Below, piece after piece: positions 42,649 through 49,863 of a stretch of 64,000 nucleotides of DNA. Under the pieces are notes generated by a model, which was given only the letters and a program-made list of their open reading frames with translations, was not told the DNA's origin and made no database searches. The stretch lies in NCBI GenBank assembly GCA_902500125.1, contig GCA_902500125.1_4132.1. The stretch is one strand, 5' to 3'. A program made the position numbers and the translations under genes. This stretch comes from Escherichia coli (GTDB lineage Bacteria; Pseudomonadota; Gammaproteobacteria; Enterobacterales; Enterobacteriaceae). The number at the start of each line of letters is the position of its first letter. Within the stretch, counting starts at the first letter, position 1.

Positions 42649-42667
42649 GGTAATAAGGAAACAAATC

Positions 42668-43009
42668 ATGACTATCTCAATTGCTCAATCTAACTTTGAA
42701 AATGAAATCATCGCCCAGGCACTGCGTTTAAATGATGGTCGGGCCGAAATTAATTACGGTTTCAATTCAGGCGGTTGTGAAAAATATCAGTACTTTGTAA
42801 CGGCTGATGGCGGTGTCCTGGGTATCAATACAGTTATTGTAAACATCCAAAAAATTAATTTCAATGATCCAGACGATAGCCAGTTTTACATCACGGGCGT
42901 AGACGTGAACTATGAGGATGACTCACTAACTGATGACTACACTGGTGAAACGTTAGAAAGTGCATACTGTGAAGATGATTATCAGTCCGGTCCAGAAGAT
43001 TTCGAATAA
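42668..43009 (+). CDS. hypothetical acidic protein (113 aa)
   Basis: ORF track; TAAGGAAA SD. Confidence 0.65.
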   Translation: MTISIAQSNFENEIIAQALRLNDGRAEINYGFNSGGCEKYQYFVTADGGVLGINTVIVNIQKINFNDPDDSQFYITGVDVNYEDDSLTDDYTGETLESAYCEDDYQSGPEDFE

Positions 43010-43023
43010 TATAAAAAAATAGT

Positions 43024-43083
43024 TTGACAATAGATTATAGTACTGTATAATAGTTTACATCAAGGGGAGAAAAACTTCTCCCC
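43024..43083 (+). promoter_or_regulatory. PeSL-like cassette
   Basis: TTGACA 43024; TATAAT 43046; hairpin 43064-43083. Confidence 0.7.
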
Positions 43084-43105
43084 ACTAACAGAGAGAGAAA
43101 ACAAA

Positions 43106-43318
43106 ATGGCTAATATCTGCACTGTACTGAAAAATGCAAAACAAGTTTTATTTTCTGATCACGATCATTTAAACAAGGATATTACTGGCGTTCGGAATAT
43201 CAAAGATGTAAAAAGTGTTATGGGTATCTATTGCAATATGAAACGTGTTGGAACGTTCGGCGACAAAGTACTATACCAGGCAGGGGATTACAATTTTACA
43301 CTGACTATCATTAACTAA
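43106..43318 (+). CDS. hypothetical protein (70 aa)
   Basis: ORF track; GAGAGAGAAA SD region. Confidence 0.65.
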   Translation: MANICTVLKNAKQVLFSDHDHLNKDITGVRNIKDVKSVMGIYCNMKRVGTFGDKVLYQAGDYNFTLTIIN

Positions 43319-43337
43319 AAATATATTACCAGTACTA

Positions 43338-43365
43338 TTGACATAGTTTGATAGTACTGTATAAT
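43338..43365 (+). promoter_or_regulatory. class-2 promoter
   Basis: AGTACTATTGACA: TTGACA 43338, 16 nt, TATAAT 43360. Confidence 0.65.
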
Positions 43366-43409
43366 AAGTTTTATAAACAGTAGTTAACTTAACCTAAGAG
43401 AGAAATAAA

Positions 43410-43553
43410 ATGATCGCACTGGATTCATTCATCGACGCAGTACTGGCAAAAACTGGCGAGGATCTGACCGCAGAACAATACGCGATGATCGAGCAATGTC
43501 AGCAAGACGGTAAATCGGTGAAAGATACTGTTAAGATTATCCGCAAGATGTAA
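43410..43553 (+). CDS. small protein (47 aa)
   Basis: Not in ORF track; AAGAGAGAAA SD; MIALDSFIDAVLAKTGEDL... Confidence 0.5.
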   Translation: MIALDSFIDAVLAKTGEDLTAEQYAMIEQCQQDGKSVKDTVKIIRKM

Positions 43554-43560
43554 TATTATA

Positions 43561-43587
43561 GCCCACTGGTCAACGCTGGTGGGCTTT
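43561..43587 (+). terminator. terminator hairpin containing Chi
   Basis: GCCCAC...GTGGGC + TTT; 3' arm includes GCTGGTGG 43575-43582. Confidence 0.5.
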
Positions 43588-43658
43588 AATCCTTTACCCT
43601 ATACAATGCCAGTACTAAACCGTTTATCTCGTTAGAATGCGTTACAGGACGTTTGACA

Positions 43659-43856
43659 ATGATTAGCATGAAATCAGTACAAAAACAAATAGAAACATTA
43701 TCAAAAATTAAACGTAAACAGTACTCGTTAGAATATACAATCAATGGTAACTATCATCTAATGAAAGAGAATAATTTTATTGTCATTGATGAATCATTGC
43801 AAATCATTAGTATAGTACTGAAAGCATTAATCAATGACAGAAAAAAATTAAAATAA
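43659..43856 (+). CDS. hypothetical protein (65 aa)
   Basis: ORF-track TTG 43653 trimmed to ATG 43659; AT-richer than neighbours; weak SD. Confidence 0.45.
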   Translation: MISMKSVQKQIETLSKIKRKQYSLEYTINGNYHLMKENNFIVIDESLQIISIVLKALINDRKKLK

Positions 43857-43860
43857 TCTA

Positions 43861-43944
43861 TTGACAATATCATCCAGTACTGGCATAATACTTACATCAA
43901 GACGAGAACGTCACTAACCCATAGGGTGCACAAATGTAACTATA
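43861..43944 (+). promoter_or_regulatory. U element: promoter + conserved transcribed core
   Basis: TTGACA 43861, 17 nt, CATAAT 43884; ACTTACATCAAGACGAGAACGTCACTAACCCATAGGGTGC (core to 43930). Confidence 0.5.
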
Positions 43945-43951
43945 TAATATC

Positions 43952-44022
43952 GATCAATAAATGATCAAAAAAGTACTGGATCAATTTAACATAAGGAGTA
44001 TAATTCTGATCAATTCTTGATC
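43952..44022. repeat. cluster of five GATCAA(A/T) motifs
   Basis: GATC at 43952, 43963, 43979, 44008, 44019, each followed by AA; non-coding. Confidence 0.8.
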
Positions 44023-44084
44023 AAAGGCAATATACGCAGTTGAATTTATATAGACATTACAAAGGCGTTACTATCCGTGGTAAT

Positions 44085-44092
44085 GCTGGTGG
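44085..44092 (+). other. intergenic Chi octamer
   Basis: GCTGGTGG. Confidence 0.8.
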
Positions 44093-44185
44093 ATATGTAG
44101 TATCATATGGTTTGAATAAGATTAGCACTAGTAGTATTATTGTAGCATTACAGTACTATAGTATTTTTATAATGAGGTTAAAATA

Positions 44186-44443
44186 ATGGCAGTAGGATAC
44201 GCGAAAGACGGGGCCGAACAAGACGAGATTCACGCAGTGATTCAGGCCGCCGTTAACCACGCTAGAAAGCAAATTAACGCACAAAGAGAATCACTGGTAC
44301 ATTGCCTCGACTGCGGCGATAAAATCCCTGAGAATCGACGCCAGGCCGTTATAGGGTGCATGTATTGTATTACTTGCCAGGAGGATCATGATAGTACTTT
44401 TAAAAGAGATCCGCGTAATTGTTGGCATAGATCTATGAGATAA
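44186..44443 (+). CDS. TraR/DksA-family C4 zinc-finger protein (85 aa)
   Basis: CLDCGDKIPENRRQAVIGCMYCITCQ = CxxC-x17-CxxC with the IP..RR signature; GAGG SD. Confidence 0.8.
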   Translation: MAVGYAKDGAEQDEIHAVIQAAVNHARKQINAQRESLVHCLDCGDKIPENRRQAVIGCMYCITCQEDHDSTFKRDPRNCWHRSMR

Positions 44444-44450
44444 AAAGTAA

Positions 44451-44478
44451 TTGACAGTACTGAAAGATAGTGTATAAT
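44451..44478 (+). promoter_or_regulatory. sigma70-like promoter
   Basis: TTGACA 44451, 16 nt, TATAAT 44473 + GTTTTATATC. Confidence 0.65.
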
Positions 44479-44507
44479 GTTTTATATCTTAACTGAGGAT
44501 AGTAATC

Positions 44508-44864
44508 ATGGGAATACAACATATCACGCGTACTACTGACAATGGAGAGATCACTGGTTATCAGGTACAGGGCAAAGTAGCACAATTGCAGTACTGGTTT
44601 GTTAAACGTGGAATCATTGCACCGGATCTTGATTATGACCGTGTAGCGTTTATTGATTCTCTTTATGTTGATCCTGATAGTCGGGGCAATGGTGAAGGTA
44701 ACGAATTAATGAATGCCTTTATCGATGCCGCCGATGATTCAGATTGTATCATCTTAGAATGCGATACGGGAGAAGATAACGCCTTTAATCTTAAAGAATG
44801 GTACGAAGGTTTCGGATTCGAGGTATTGATAGATAGTGAATATCCTATCATGATTTTATCATAG
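44508..44864 (+). CDS. GNAT-family N-acetyltransferase (118 aa)
   Basis: LYVDPDSRGNGEGNELMNAF (motif A-like R-x-x-G-x-G) and WYEGFGFE tail; short for a GNAT. Confidence 0.55.
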   Translation: MGIQHITRTTDNGEITGYQVQGKVAQLQYWFVKRGIIAPDLDYDRVAFIDSLYVDPDSRGNGEGNELMNAFIDAADDSDCIILECDTGEDNAFNLKEWYEGFGFEVLIDSEYPIMILS

Positions 44865-44867
44865 TAC

Positions 44868-44924
44868 TTGCATTTAGTTTTCAGTACTGTTATAGTACTT
44901 GCATCAAGGGGAAACATCTTCCCC
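44868..44924 (+). promoter_or_regulatory. PeSL-like cassette, degenerate -10
   Basis: TTGCAT 44868; TTATAG 44890; hairpin GGGGAA-acatc-TTCCCC 44908-44924. Confidence 0.45.
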
Positions 44925-44942
44925 TACTAAGAGGAAATAAAA

Positions 44943-45131
44943 ATGGAAAACTTATCAAGTATTTTAGTACAAGATGATTTCGGTAATCCTGGAAGTGCTA
45001 TCATTGTTCGGGGCAATAAAGCAACGTTTGTTATTGCTGGTGGACCCGTACAGCGTAGCATTAAAAATAATGCTGTTACCATTAATAATGTACGCTATCG
45101 CTTAGATAAAGAATTAATTCATAAACTGTAA
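44943..45131 (+). CDS. hypothetical protein (62 aa)
   Basis: ORF track; AGAGGAAA SD. Confidence 0.6.
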   Translation: MENLSSILVQDDFGNPGSAIIVRGNKATFVIAGGPVQRSIKNNAVTINNVRYRLDKELIHKL

Positions 45132-45139
45132 AAAAGTAC

Positions 45140-45199
45140 TGGATAATAGATTATAGTACTGTATAATAGTTTACATGAAGGGGAGAAATGATTCTCCCC
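45140..45199 (+). promoter_or_regulatory. PeSL-like cassette (degenerate -35)
   Basis: TGGATA 45140; TATAAT 45162; hairpin 45180-45199. Confidence 0.55.
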
Positions 45200-45216
45200 A
45201 CTAAGAGGAAAGAAAA

Positions 45217-45429
45217 ATGCAAGGTCAACTAATCGTTCGTAAATGGTCTGATACTAACGAAAAACCGTGGGATGTACAATACATCGCCCCCAATGGTGAA
45301 TCCAGATATCAACCAGGTGTAACGCATAGTACTGAGCAATTCGCCGCCGCTCATCGCGAACGTCTGTTACAATCAATGCAGCAAGGTTTCGGTGAAAAAT
45401 TCATTCAGGATCATTGGCTGAAAGATTAA
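45217..45429 (+). CDS. hypothetical protein (70 aa)
   Basis: ORF track; AGAGGAAA SD. Confidence 0.65.
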   Translation: MQGQLIVRKWSDTNEKPWDVQYIAPNGESRYQPGVTHSTEQFAAAHRERLLQSMQQGFGEKFIQDHWLKD

Positions 45430-45436
45430 AAAGTAC

Positions 45437-45494
45437 TTGCACTGTACTGAATAAAGTGTATAATGTTTTATATCGGAAGGGGAATAGTTCCCCT
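45437..45494 (+). promoter_or_regulatory. PeSL-like cassette
   Basis: TTGCAC 45437; TATAAT 45459; hairpin AGGGGAA-tag-TTCCCCT 45478-45494. Confidence 0.7.
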
Positions 45495-45515
45495 CCTAAC
45501 AAAGAGGAAAGTATA

Positions 45516-45689
45516 ATGGTCCAGGTAGAATTAACAGTACTGAAAGATCTGTTTTATCGGATTGGTACTACTGGCGAATATCCGAAGGGTGATAATGCAA
45601 AACTTTACGTATCACTCGACTTATGGCAACGCGAACAATTAGCAACGGCCTGGCGTAAAGGCAAAGCAGATAGCGAGGTGAAAGCATGA
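45516..45689 (+). CDS. small protein (57 aa)
   Basis: Trimmed from 45414 to ATG 45516 after AGAGGAAA. Confidence 0.55.
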   Translation: MVQVELTVLKDLFYRIGTTGEYPKGDNAKLYVSLDLWQREQLATAWRKGKADSEVKA

Positions 45690-45835
45690 AAGAATTCTTA
45701 TTTGAAGTAGTGTTTCAAGGTGTCGGTAGTAACCAACTGATTCGCTCAAGTGGTTATAATGTTAACCAGGCATGGAATAACATTAAACAAATGTACCCGA
45801 ACGCTATCACCTATCGCAACCCGAAAGAAGTTTAA
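45686..45835 (+). CDS. small protein (49 aa)
   Basis: Not in ORF track; ATGA-coupled; MKEFLFEVVFQGVGSNQ... Confidence 0.45.
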   Translation: MKEFLFEVVFQGVGSNQLIRSSGYNVNQAWNNIKQMYPNAITYRNPKEV

Positions 45836-45848
45836 AAATAATTGAAAA

Positions 45849-45930
45849 AGGGATTGACTCCGGTCAGTCCCTTTGCTATTATATACGCATAGAAACAAAT
45901 TAGCCCACCGGGTGCATAAATGTATCTATT
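45849..45930 (+). promoter_or_regulatory. composite cassette: terminator hairpin carrying -35, plus U element core
   Basis: AGGGATTGAC-tccg-GTCAGTCCCT; TTGACT 45854, TATTAT 45877; core GCCCACCGGGTGC 45903-45915; TGTATCTATT 45921-45930; Chi 45935-45942 follows. Confidence 0.55.
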
Positions 45931-45982
45931 GTTTGCTGGTGGCTAGTACTATCAAGTACTGAAAACTATTTTTAAAAAGTAC

Positions 45983-46010
45983 TTGCATTGTAATTAGAAT
46001 CAAGTATAAT
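45983..46010 (+). promoter_or_regulatory. early-type promoter (upstream of tandem pair)
   Basis: TTGCAT 45983; TATAAT 46005. Confidence 0.6.
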
Positions 46011-46015
46011 GTTTT

Positions 46016-46090
46016 ACATCAGGACGGGGAACGAAACAAGTAACCCCGTTAAGTAGTCCAGGAGTAAGACATACGAAAAACTCCCCTGAT
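46016..46090 (+). ncRNA. conserved structured leader RNA (copy 2 of 3)
   Basis: Near-identical to 35877-35953; inner stem ACGGGG/CCCCGT. Confidence 0.4.
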
Positions 46091-46098
46091 AAAATAGT

Positions 46099-46126
46099 TT
46101 GACAATAGAAAGTAAACGAGTATAAT
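46099..46126 (+). promoter_or_regulatory. sigma70-like promoter (downstream of tandem pair)
   Basis: TTGACA 46099, 16 nt, TATAAT 46121. Confidence 0.6.
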
Positions 46127-46159
46127 ACTTACATCAACCACTGATAAGGAAACATTAAA

Positions 46160-46435
46160 ATGCGGATTCTACTGACAGCTAACGAAATCGAACAAGTACT
46201 GACTACTAACCTGGAACAATGGAAACGTGATGCAGATATCCAGGCGGTTCAATGGCTTAACGATAAGTTAACGCCGGATGACTTAAGCAAGATTGTAGAT
46301 CCTCAATTCTACGAAGATATTCACGACACGGCTTTAAGCGTCGAGGATGTACTTGATAAGCATTACATTAATACCGATTTACAGGTTTACGGGCGTAAAA
46401 ACTTTATCACTATTCACGACATTTACAATACTTAA
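46160..46435 (+). CDS. hypothetical protein (91 aa)
   Basis: ORF track; AAGGAAA SD. Confidence 0.65.
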   Translation: MRILLTANEIEQVLTTNLEQWKRDADIQAVQWLNDKLTPDDLSKIVDPQFYEDIHDTALSVEDVLDKHYINTDLQVYGRKNFITIHDIYNT

Positions 46436-46438
46436 GTA

Positions 46439-46500
46439 TTGACAAAGTATCTTAGTACTGTATAATAGTTTACATCAAGGCGGGGAAATGGTTCCCCTCC
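46439..46500 (+). promoter_or_regulatory. PeSL-like cassette
   Basis: TTGACA 46439; TATAAT 46461; hairpin 46479-46500. Confidence 0.7.
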
Positions 46501-46522
46501 TAACAAAGAGAGAGAAATAAAA

Positions 46523-46846
46523 ATGGCTATGATCCTTACCCAGAAAGTGGAATTGAAAATTGTAACCTCCTTTGACATTAAAGTTAATCGCTGGACTGAT
46601 CGGAACGGCAATACTTACCACTCTTGCTACGTGTCTGCGTTAATTGGCGACCGCTGGGAAGACCTGGGACACGAAACCTTTACATACGGTTACGGTACGC
46701 AAGGCGAATACACTGGTTTGGAGATCATTAAAGAAACCGTTATAGGTTTCAACCCGAAAGAAAAAGTTATGCACCGCATCGAAAAAGAGATTAACAAAGA
46801 AATAACAGTTCGCTACTACGATGTAAAACGTAAGAAAGACATGTAA
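46523..46846 (+). CDS. hypothetical protein (107 aa), paralog of 40543..40887
   Basis: ORF track; shared motifs (see 40543). Confidence 0.7.
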   Translation: MAMILTQKVELKIVTSFDIKVNRWTDRNGNTYHSCYVSALIGDRWEDLGHETFTYGYGTQGEYTGLEIIKETVIGFNPKEKVMHRIEKEINKEITVRYYDVKRKKDM

Positions 46847-46868
46847 TAGAATCCATTTAAAGTACTAT

Positions 46869-46897
46869 TTGACATTGCCCAGATAGTACTTTATAAT
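46869..46897 (+). promoter_or_regulatory. sigma70-like promoter
   Basis: TTGACA 46869, 17 nt, TATAAT 46892; a decayed copy lies upstream of 35010. Confidence 0.6.
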
Positions 46898-46941
46898 AGA
46901 CTCTAACTTGTAGTACTAACTCAACTAATAGGATGTATACC

Positions 46942-47337
46942 ATGATTACTAAATTCTACGCTACCCGTGAAGCTGCCCGTATTGTTGCACGCGAGGAAGG
47001 AGCAGCATTTAAAGACATGGGAACGACAGCACCGAAAGGTCAACGCTGGGCCGTACAGTTCAAAGAAATCTCTGATATTGTGAATTCACCTGAGCCAGTA
47101 CTAACAGCAGCAGAACTAAAACGAGCGGATATGCTGGCGGCAATACTTGACGCACAAGATGAGTTTATCGCTGATTCTGATATCAAAGTACAGGTAAACC
47201 ACACCGCATGGACTCACGCGGATCACCTGGCAAACCTTAAGCGTCCAAGTGAACTGATTCGCAACCAGAAAGAGATCCGACATGATCGTAAGGGTAATCG
47301 TGTAACAGTATACAGTAAACGCCGCCAGGTTATCTAA
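46942..47337 (+). CDS. hypothetical protein (131 aa), paralog of 35010..35276
   Basis: ATG 46942 is 9 nt after AGGA (ATG 46933 overlaps the SD). Confidence 0.65.
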   Translation: MITKFYATREAARIVAREEGAAFKDMGTTAPKGQRWAVQFKEISDIVNSPEPVLTAAELKRADMLAAILDAQDEFIADSDIKVQVNHTAWTHADHLANLKRPSELIRNQKEIRHDRKGNRVTVYSKRRQVI

Positions 47338-47359
47338 TAACTTGCAGTACTAACAACAC

Positions 47360-47384
47360 GGCGGGATCAGTTCCCGCCTTTTTT
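47360..47384 (+). terminator. rho-independent terminator
   Basis: GGCGGGA-tcagt-TCCCGCC + T6. Confidence 0.75.
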
Positions 47385-47398
47385 ATAGGACAAACAAA

Positions 47399-47653
47399 AT
47401 GATTAAGGTTCAACTATATAAAGATAACATCTTACGGGTACACTATAAAGCACCGAAGAGAATCATCACAAAGGCCGTACAGCTTGCTAATGAGTTTATT
47501 AATGGTAACCTATTACCAAGGAAGTTAAGCAACGGGAAACTGCGTGTAATCGACGTGGACACTAACAACAGGATAGTAATCGAGAACACAGGAAAAATAA
47601 ACCTTTATGAGCATCAACAATACAATAAGAAAATAAAACTAATATCACGTTGA
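47399..47653 (+). CDS. hypothetical protein (84 aa)
   Basis: ORF track; AGGA upstream. Confidence 0.6.
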   Translation: MIKVQLYKDNILRVHYKAPKRIITKAVQLANEFINGNLLPRKLSNGKLRVIDVDTNNRIVIENTGKINLYEHQQYNKKIKLISR

Positions 47654-47678
47654 CAGTACTCAAATGTTTTAGTATTAT
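47650..47678 (+). promoter_or_regulatory. sigma70-like promoter (about 60-bp unit repeated at 47924)
   Basis: TTGACA 47650, 17 nt, TATTAT 47673. Confidence 0.6.
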
Positions 47679-47706
47679 GTACACATACCAACACGGGAGA
47701 AACAAA

Positions 47707-47925
47707 ATGAAATTATCTAAAATCGAAAAGAAAACTATTGATGAAGCAGTTAAGCACGGTTATACCTTTCGTAATGATTCACATTTTACCAATTTTCAAC
47801 AGGGGTATCGTACTATTAAAAAACTAATTGACAAAGGTTTATTAGTTGAAGTCAATAATGGGAACGGTATCGAGTATCAGCCAACCCAAGACGCATTATC
47901 TTTAAAGAAATATAATATTATCTAA
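47707..47925 (+). CDS. hypothetical protein (72 aa)
   Basis: ORF-track TTG 47650 trimmed to ATG 47707 after GGGAGAAA. Confidence 0.6.
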   Translation: MKLSKIEKKTIDEAVKHGYTFRNDSHFTNFQQGYRTIKKLIDKGLLVEVNNGNGIEYQPTQDALSLKKYNII

Positions 47926-47954
47926 TTGACAGTACTCAAATGTTTTAGTACTAT
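47926..47954 (+). promoter_or_regulatory. sigma70-like promoter (repeat of 47650)
   Basis: TTGACA 47926, 17 nt, TACTAT 47949. Confidence 0.55.
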
Positions 47955-47983
47955 ATGTACATACCAACACGGGGAAAAACAAA

Positions 47984-48226
47984 ATGATTACTTTAGAAAA
48001 ACGTATCAAAGAAACTACATCGCTGGTGGAATTGTTAACAGTACTCAAATGTAAAACAACACCATTCAGCACGCCGGACTTTATTAATATGGTTGATGTT
48101 AATGGTCGCTATCGTATCACGGTCGAACAAGGAGCGGCGAAAGTATTCAGTACTAAAAACACGAAGGAAGTGATCCACGCCGTTAATGTTAAAAAAGTAG
48201 TTGCCATTGATAGTAAAGTACTGTAA
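47984..48226 (+). CDS. hypothetical protein (80 aa)
   Basis: ORF track; GGGGAAAA upstream; contains Chi at 48022. Confidence 0.6.
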   Translation: MITLEKRIKETTSLVELLTVLKCKTTPFSTPDFINMVDVNGRYRITVEQGAAKVFSTKNTKEVIHAVNVKKVVAIDSKVL

Positions 48227-48257
48227 TATAGTTTCATTAACTCAAGGAGAACATGCA

Positions 48258-48842
48258 ATGCGTAATTATACTAAATTCATCCGTACACTGTCAGAAATGG
48301 AAACCAACAAAGAGATCCTTTCAGCTTGTCGGTTAGCTGGCCTGGAGATCATCGGTGCTGGTTCTTCCCGTATAGTTTTCGCTTTAAATGATCGGTTAGT
48401 GATTAAGGTCGCGAATTGTGATGCGGGTGTAGAACAAAATGAAACTGAATGTAAGGTATGGAATTTTTTAGACTATGACCGCCCTCAGTTGAAACAGTAC
48501 TTTGCAAAGGTGCATATGCATTTATGCGATCCTGATAATATGTTTATCGTTATGGATCGGTTGAGTACTGCAAGCAAAGGTAGTGTGAAGCACGTAAACG
48601 CGTGCAATGAATTAAAGTACAATATTAAACGTAATGCAATCGAACGCCAGCACCGCTTTGCTGATGCACTACAACACGTCGATGATACATTATCAACACT
48701 AACGATAAGAGATATCAGAAAACAGAATATCGGCCAGGATCGTAATGGCCTTATTAAAGTACTTGATTACGGTTTAACCTGCAATATCTGGAATCAGTAC
48801 TATAAAAAGCGTGATGTGGCAGCAAGTAAGGTAACACGATAA
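48258..48842 (+). CDS. protein kinase-like fold protein (194 aa)
   Basis: Trimmed to ATG 48258 after AAGGAG; G-loop IIGAGSSRIVF, LVIKVA lysine, IRDIRKQNIG catalytic-loop-like, VLDYGL (DFG-like). Confidence 0.55.
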   Translation: MRNYTKFIRTLSEMETNKEILSACRLAGLEIIGAGSSRIVFALNDRLVIKVANCDAGVEQNETECKVWNFLDYDRPQLKQYFAKVHMHLCDPDNMFIVMDRLSTASKGSVKHVNACNELKYNIKRNAIERQHRFADALQHVDDTLSTLTIRDIRKQNIGQDRNGLIKVLDYGLTCNIWNQYYKKRDVAASKVTR

Positions 48843-48855
48843 AAAAGATTAAAAA

Positions 48856-48942
48856 AGGGATTGACTCCGGTCAGTCCCTTTGCTATTATATATCCATTGA
48901 GAGATAACTCACTGACCCATAGGGTGCGGAAGTGTATCTATT
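48856..48942 (+). promoter_or_regulatory. composite cassette: terminator hairpin carrying -35, plus U element core
   Basis: TTGACT 48861, TATTAT 48884; core CCCATAGGGTGC 48916-48927; TGTATCTATT 48933-48942. Confidence 0.55.
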
Positions 48943-48983
48943 ATATAAGTATTCAGTACTGAAAACTATTTTTTAAAAAGTAC

Positions 48984-49044
48984 TTGCATTGTACTTAGAA
49001 TCAAGTATAATGTTTTATATCGAGAGGGGGAAATGGTTCTCCCT
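48984..49044 (+). promoter_or_regulatory. PeSL-like cassette
   Basis: TTGCAT 48984; TATAAT 49006; hairpin 49025-49044. Confidence 0.7.
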
Positions 49045-49065
49045 GGTATATTAAGGAATAAAATC

Positions 49066-49287
49066 ATGACTACAATGACTTGCATTTACGCTTCCAATCG
49101 TCTGAATGATGCGGCCTTTAATGTTGATTCAGAATATCAATGTTATCGGGATGAAAATAAAAAAGTTTTTGTAGTTGATAATAATGGTTTCCATATTGAA
49201 TTACAATCCGGCTTCACTGGTGTTGATGGTAAATCAGTATGGGGCGTACAGGATGATAAAGGTACATATCATTTTAAACGTAATTAA
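49066..49287 (+). CDS. hypothetical protein (73 aa)
   Basis: Trimmed from 49033 to ATG 49066 after AAGGAA. Confidence 0.65.
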   Translation: MTTMTCIYASNRLNDAAFNVDSEYQCYRDENKKVFVVDNNGFHIELQSGFTGVDGKSVWGVQDDKGTYHFKRN

Positions 49288-49291
49288 GTAT

Positions 49292-49350
49292 TTGACAAAG
49301 TATCTTAGTACTGTATAATAGTTTACATCAAGGGGAGAATAGTTCTCCCC
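49292..49350 (+). promoter_or_regulatory. PeSL-like cassette
   Basis: TTGACA 49292; TATAAT 49314; hairpin GGGGAGAA-tag-TTCTCCCC 49332-49350. Confidence 0.7.
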
Positions 49351-49371
49351 GATACTAAAAGGAATAAAATC

Positions 49372-49776
49372 ATGACTACTACTAATCTTGCTCGGAATAT
49401 CGCCAACGATAAAAATCATGCTGCAATGGTCGCTGGTTACATTGAAGCTATGCAATTCAGTACTGTACATAATGATAACGGCGATTACCTGGAAGATTAT
49501 GAGTTATCTGATGAAGCACGTCAAGCGGCGGTGATTGCATGTTCTCGCTTCATTGAGAAACACGGTAATGATCTGGAAGTAGTTCGCGGTATGTTTATTG
49601 ATTACGGTTATGAGCAAGCTGGTCATGATCTGTTCCTTACCCGCGAAGGTCACGGAACTGGTTTTTGGGATCGTGGTTTAGGTCACTATGGCGATGTATT
49701 CACGAAGTACTGCGAAGAAATCAACGTTTGCGATCCCTATGTAGGCGATGATAACTTAATCTATATGGGCGAATAA
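49372..49776 (+). CDS. hypothetical protein (134 aa)
   Basis: ORF track; AAGGAA SD; motif GHDLFLTREGHGTGFWDRG; function not recognised. Confidence 0.7.
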   Translation: MTTTNLARNIANDKNHAAMVAGYIEAMQFSTVHNDNGDYLEDYELSDEARQAAVIACSRFIEKHGNDLEVVRGMFIDYGYEQAGHDLFLTREGHGTGFWDRGLGHYGDVFTKYCEEINVCDPYVGDDNLIYMGE

Positions 49777-49782
49777 AAGTAT

Positions 49783-49841
49783 TTGACAAAGTATATCAGT
49801 ACTGTATAATAGTTTACATCAAGGGGAGAATAGTTCTCCCC
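49783..49841 (+). promoter_or_regulatory. PeSL-like cassette
   Basis: TTGACA 49783; TATAAT 49805; hairpin 49823-49841 (same as 49332). Confidence 0.7.
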
Positions 49842-49863
49842 AATACTAAAAGGAAACAAAATT

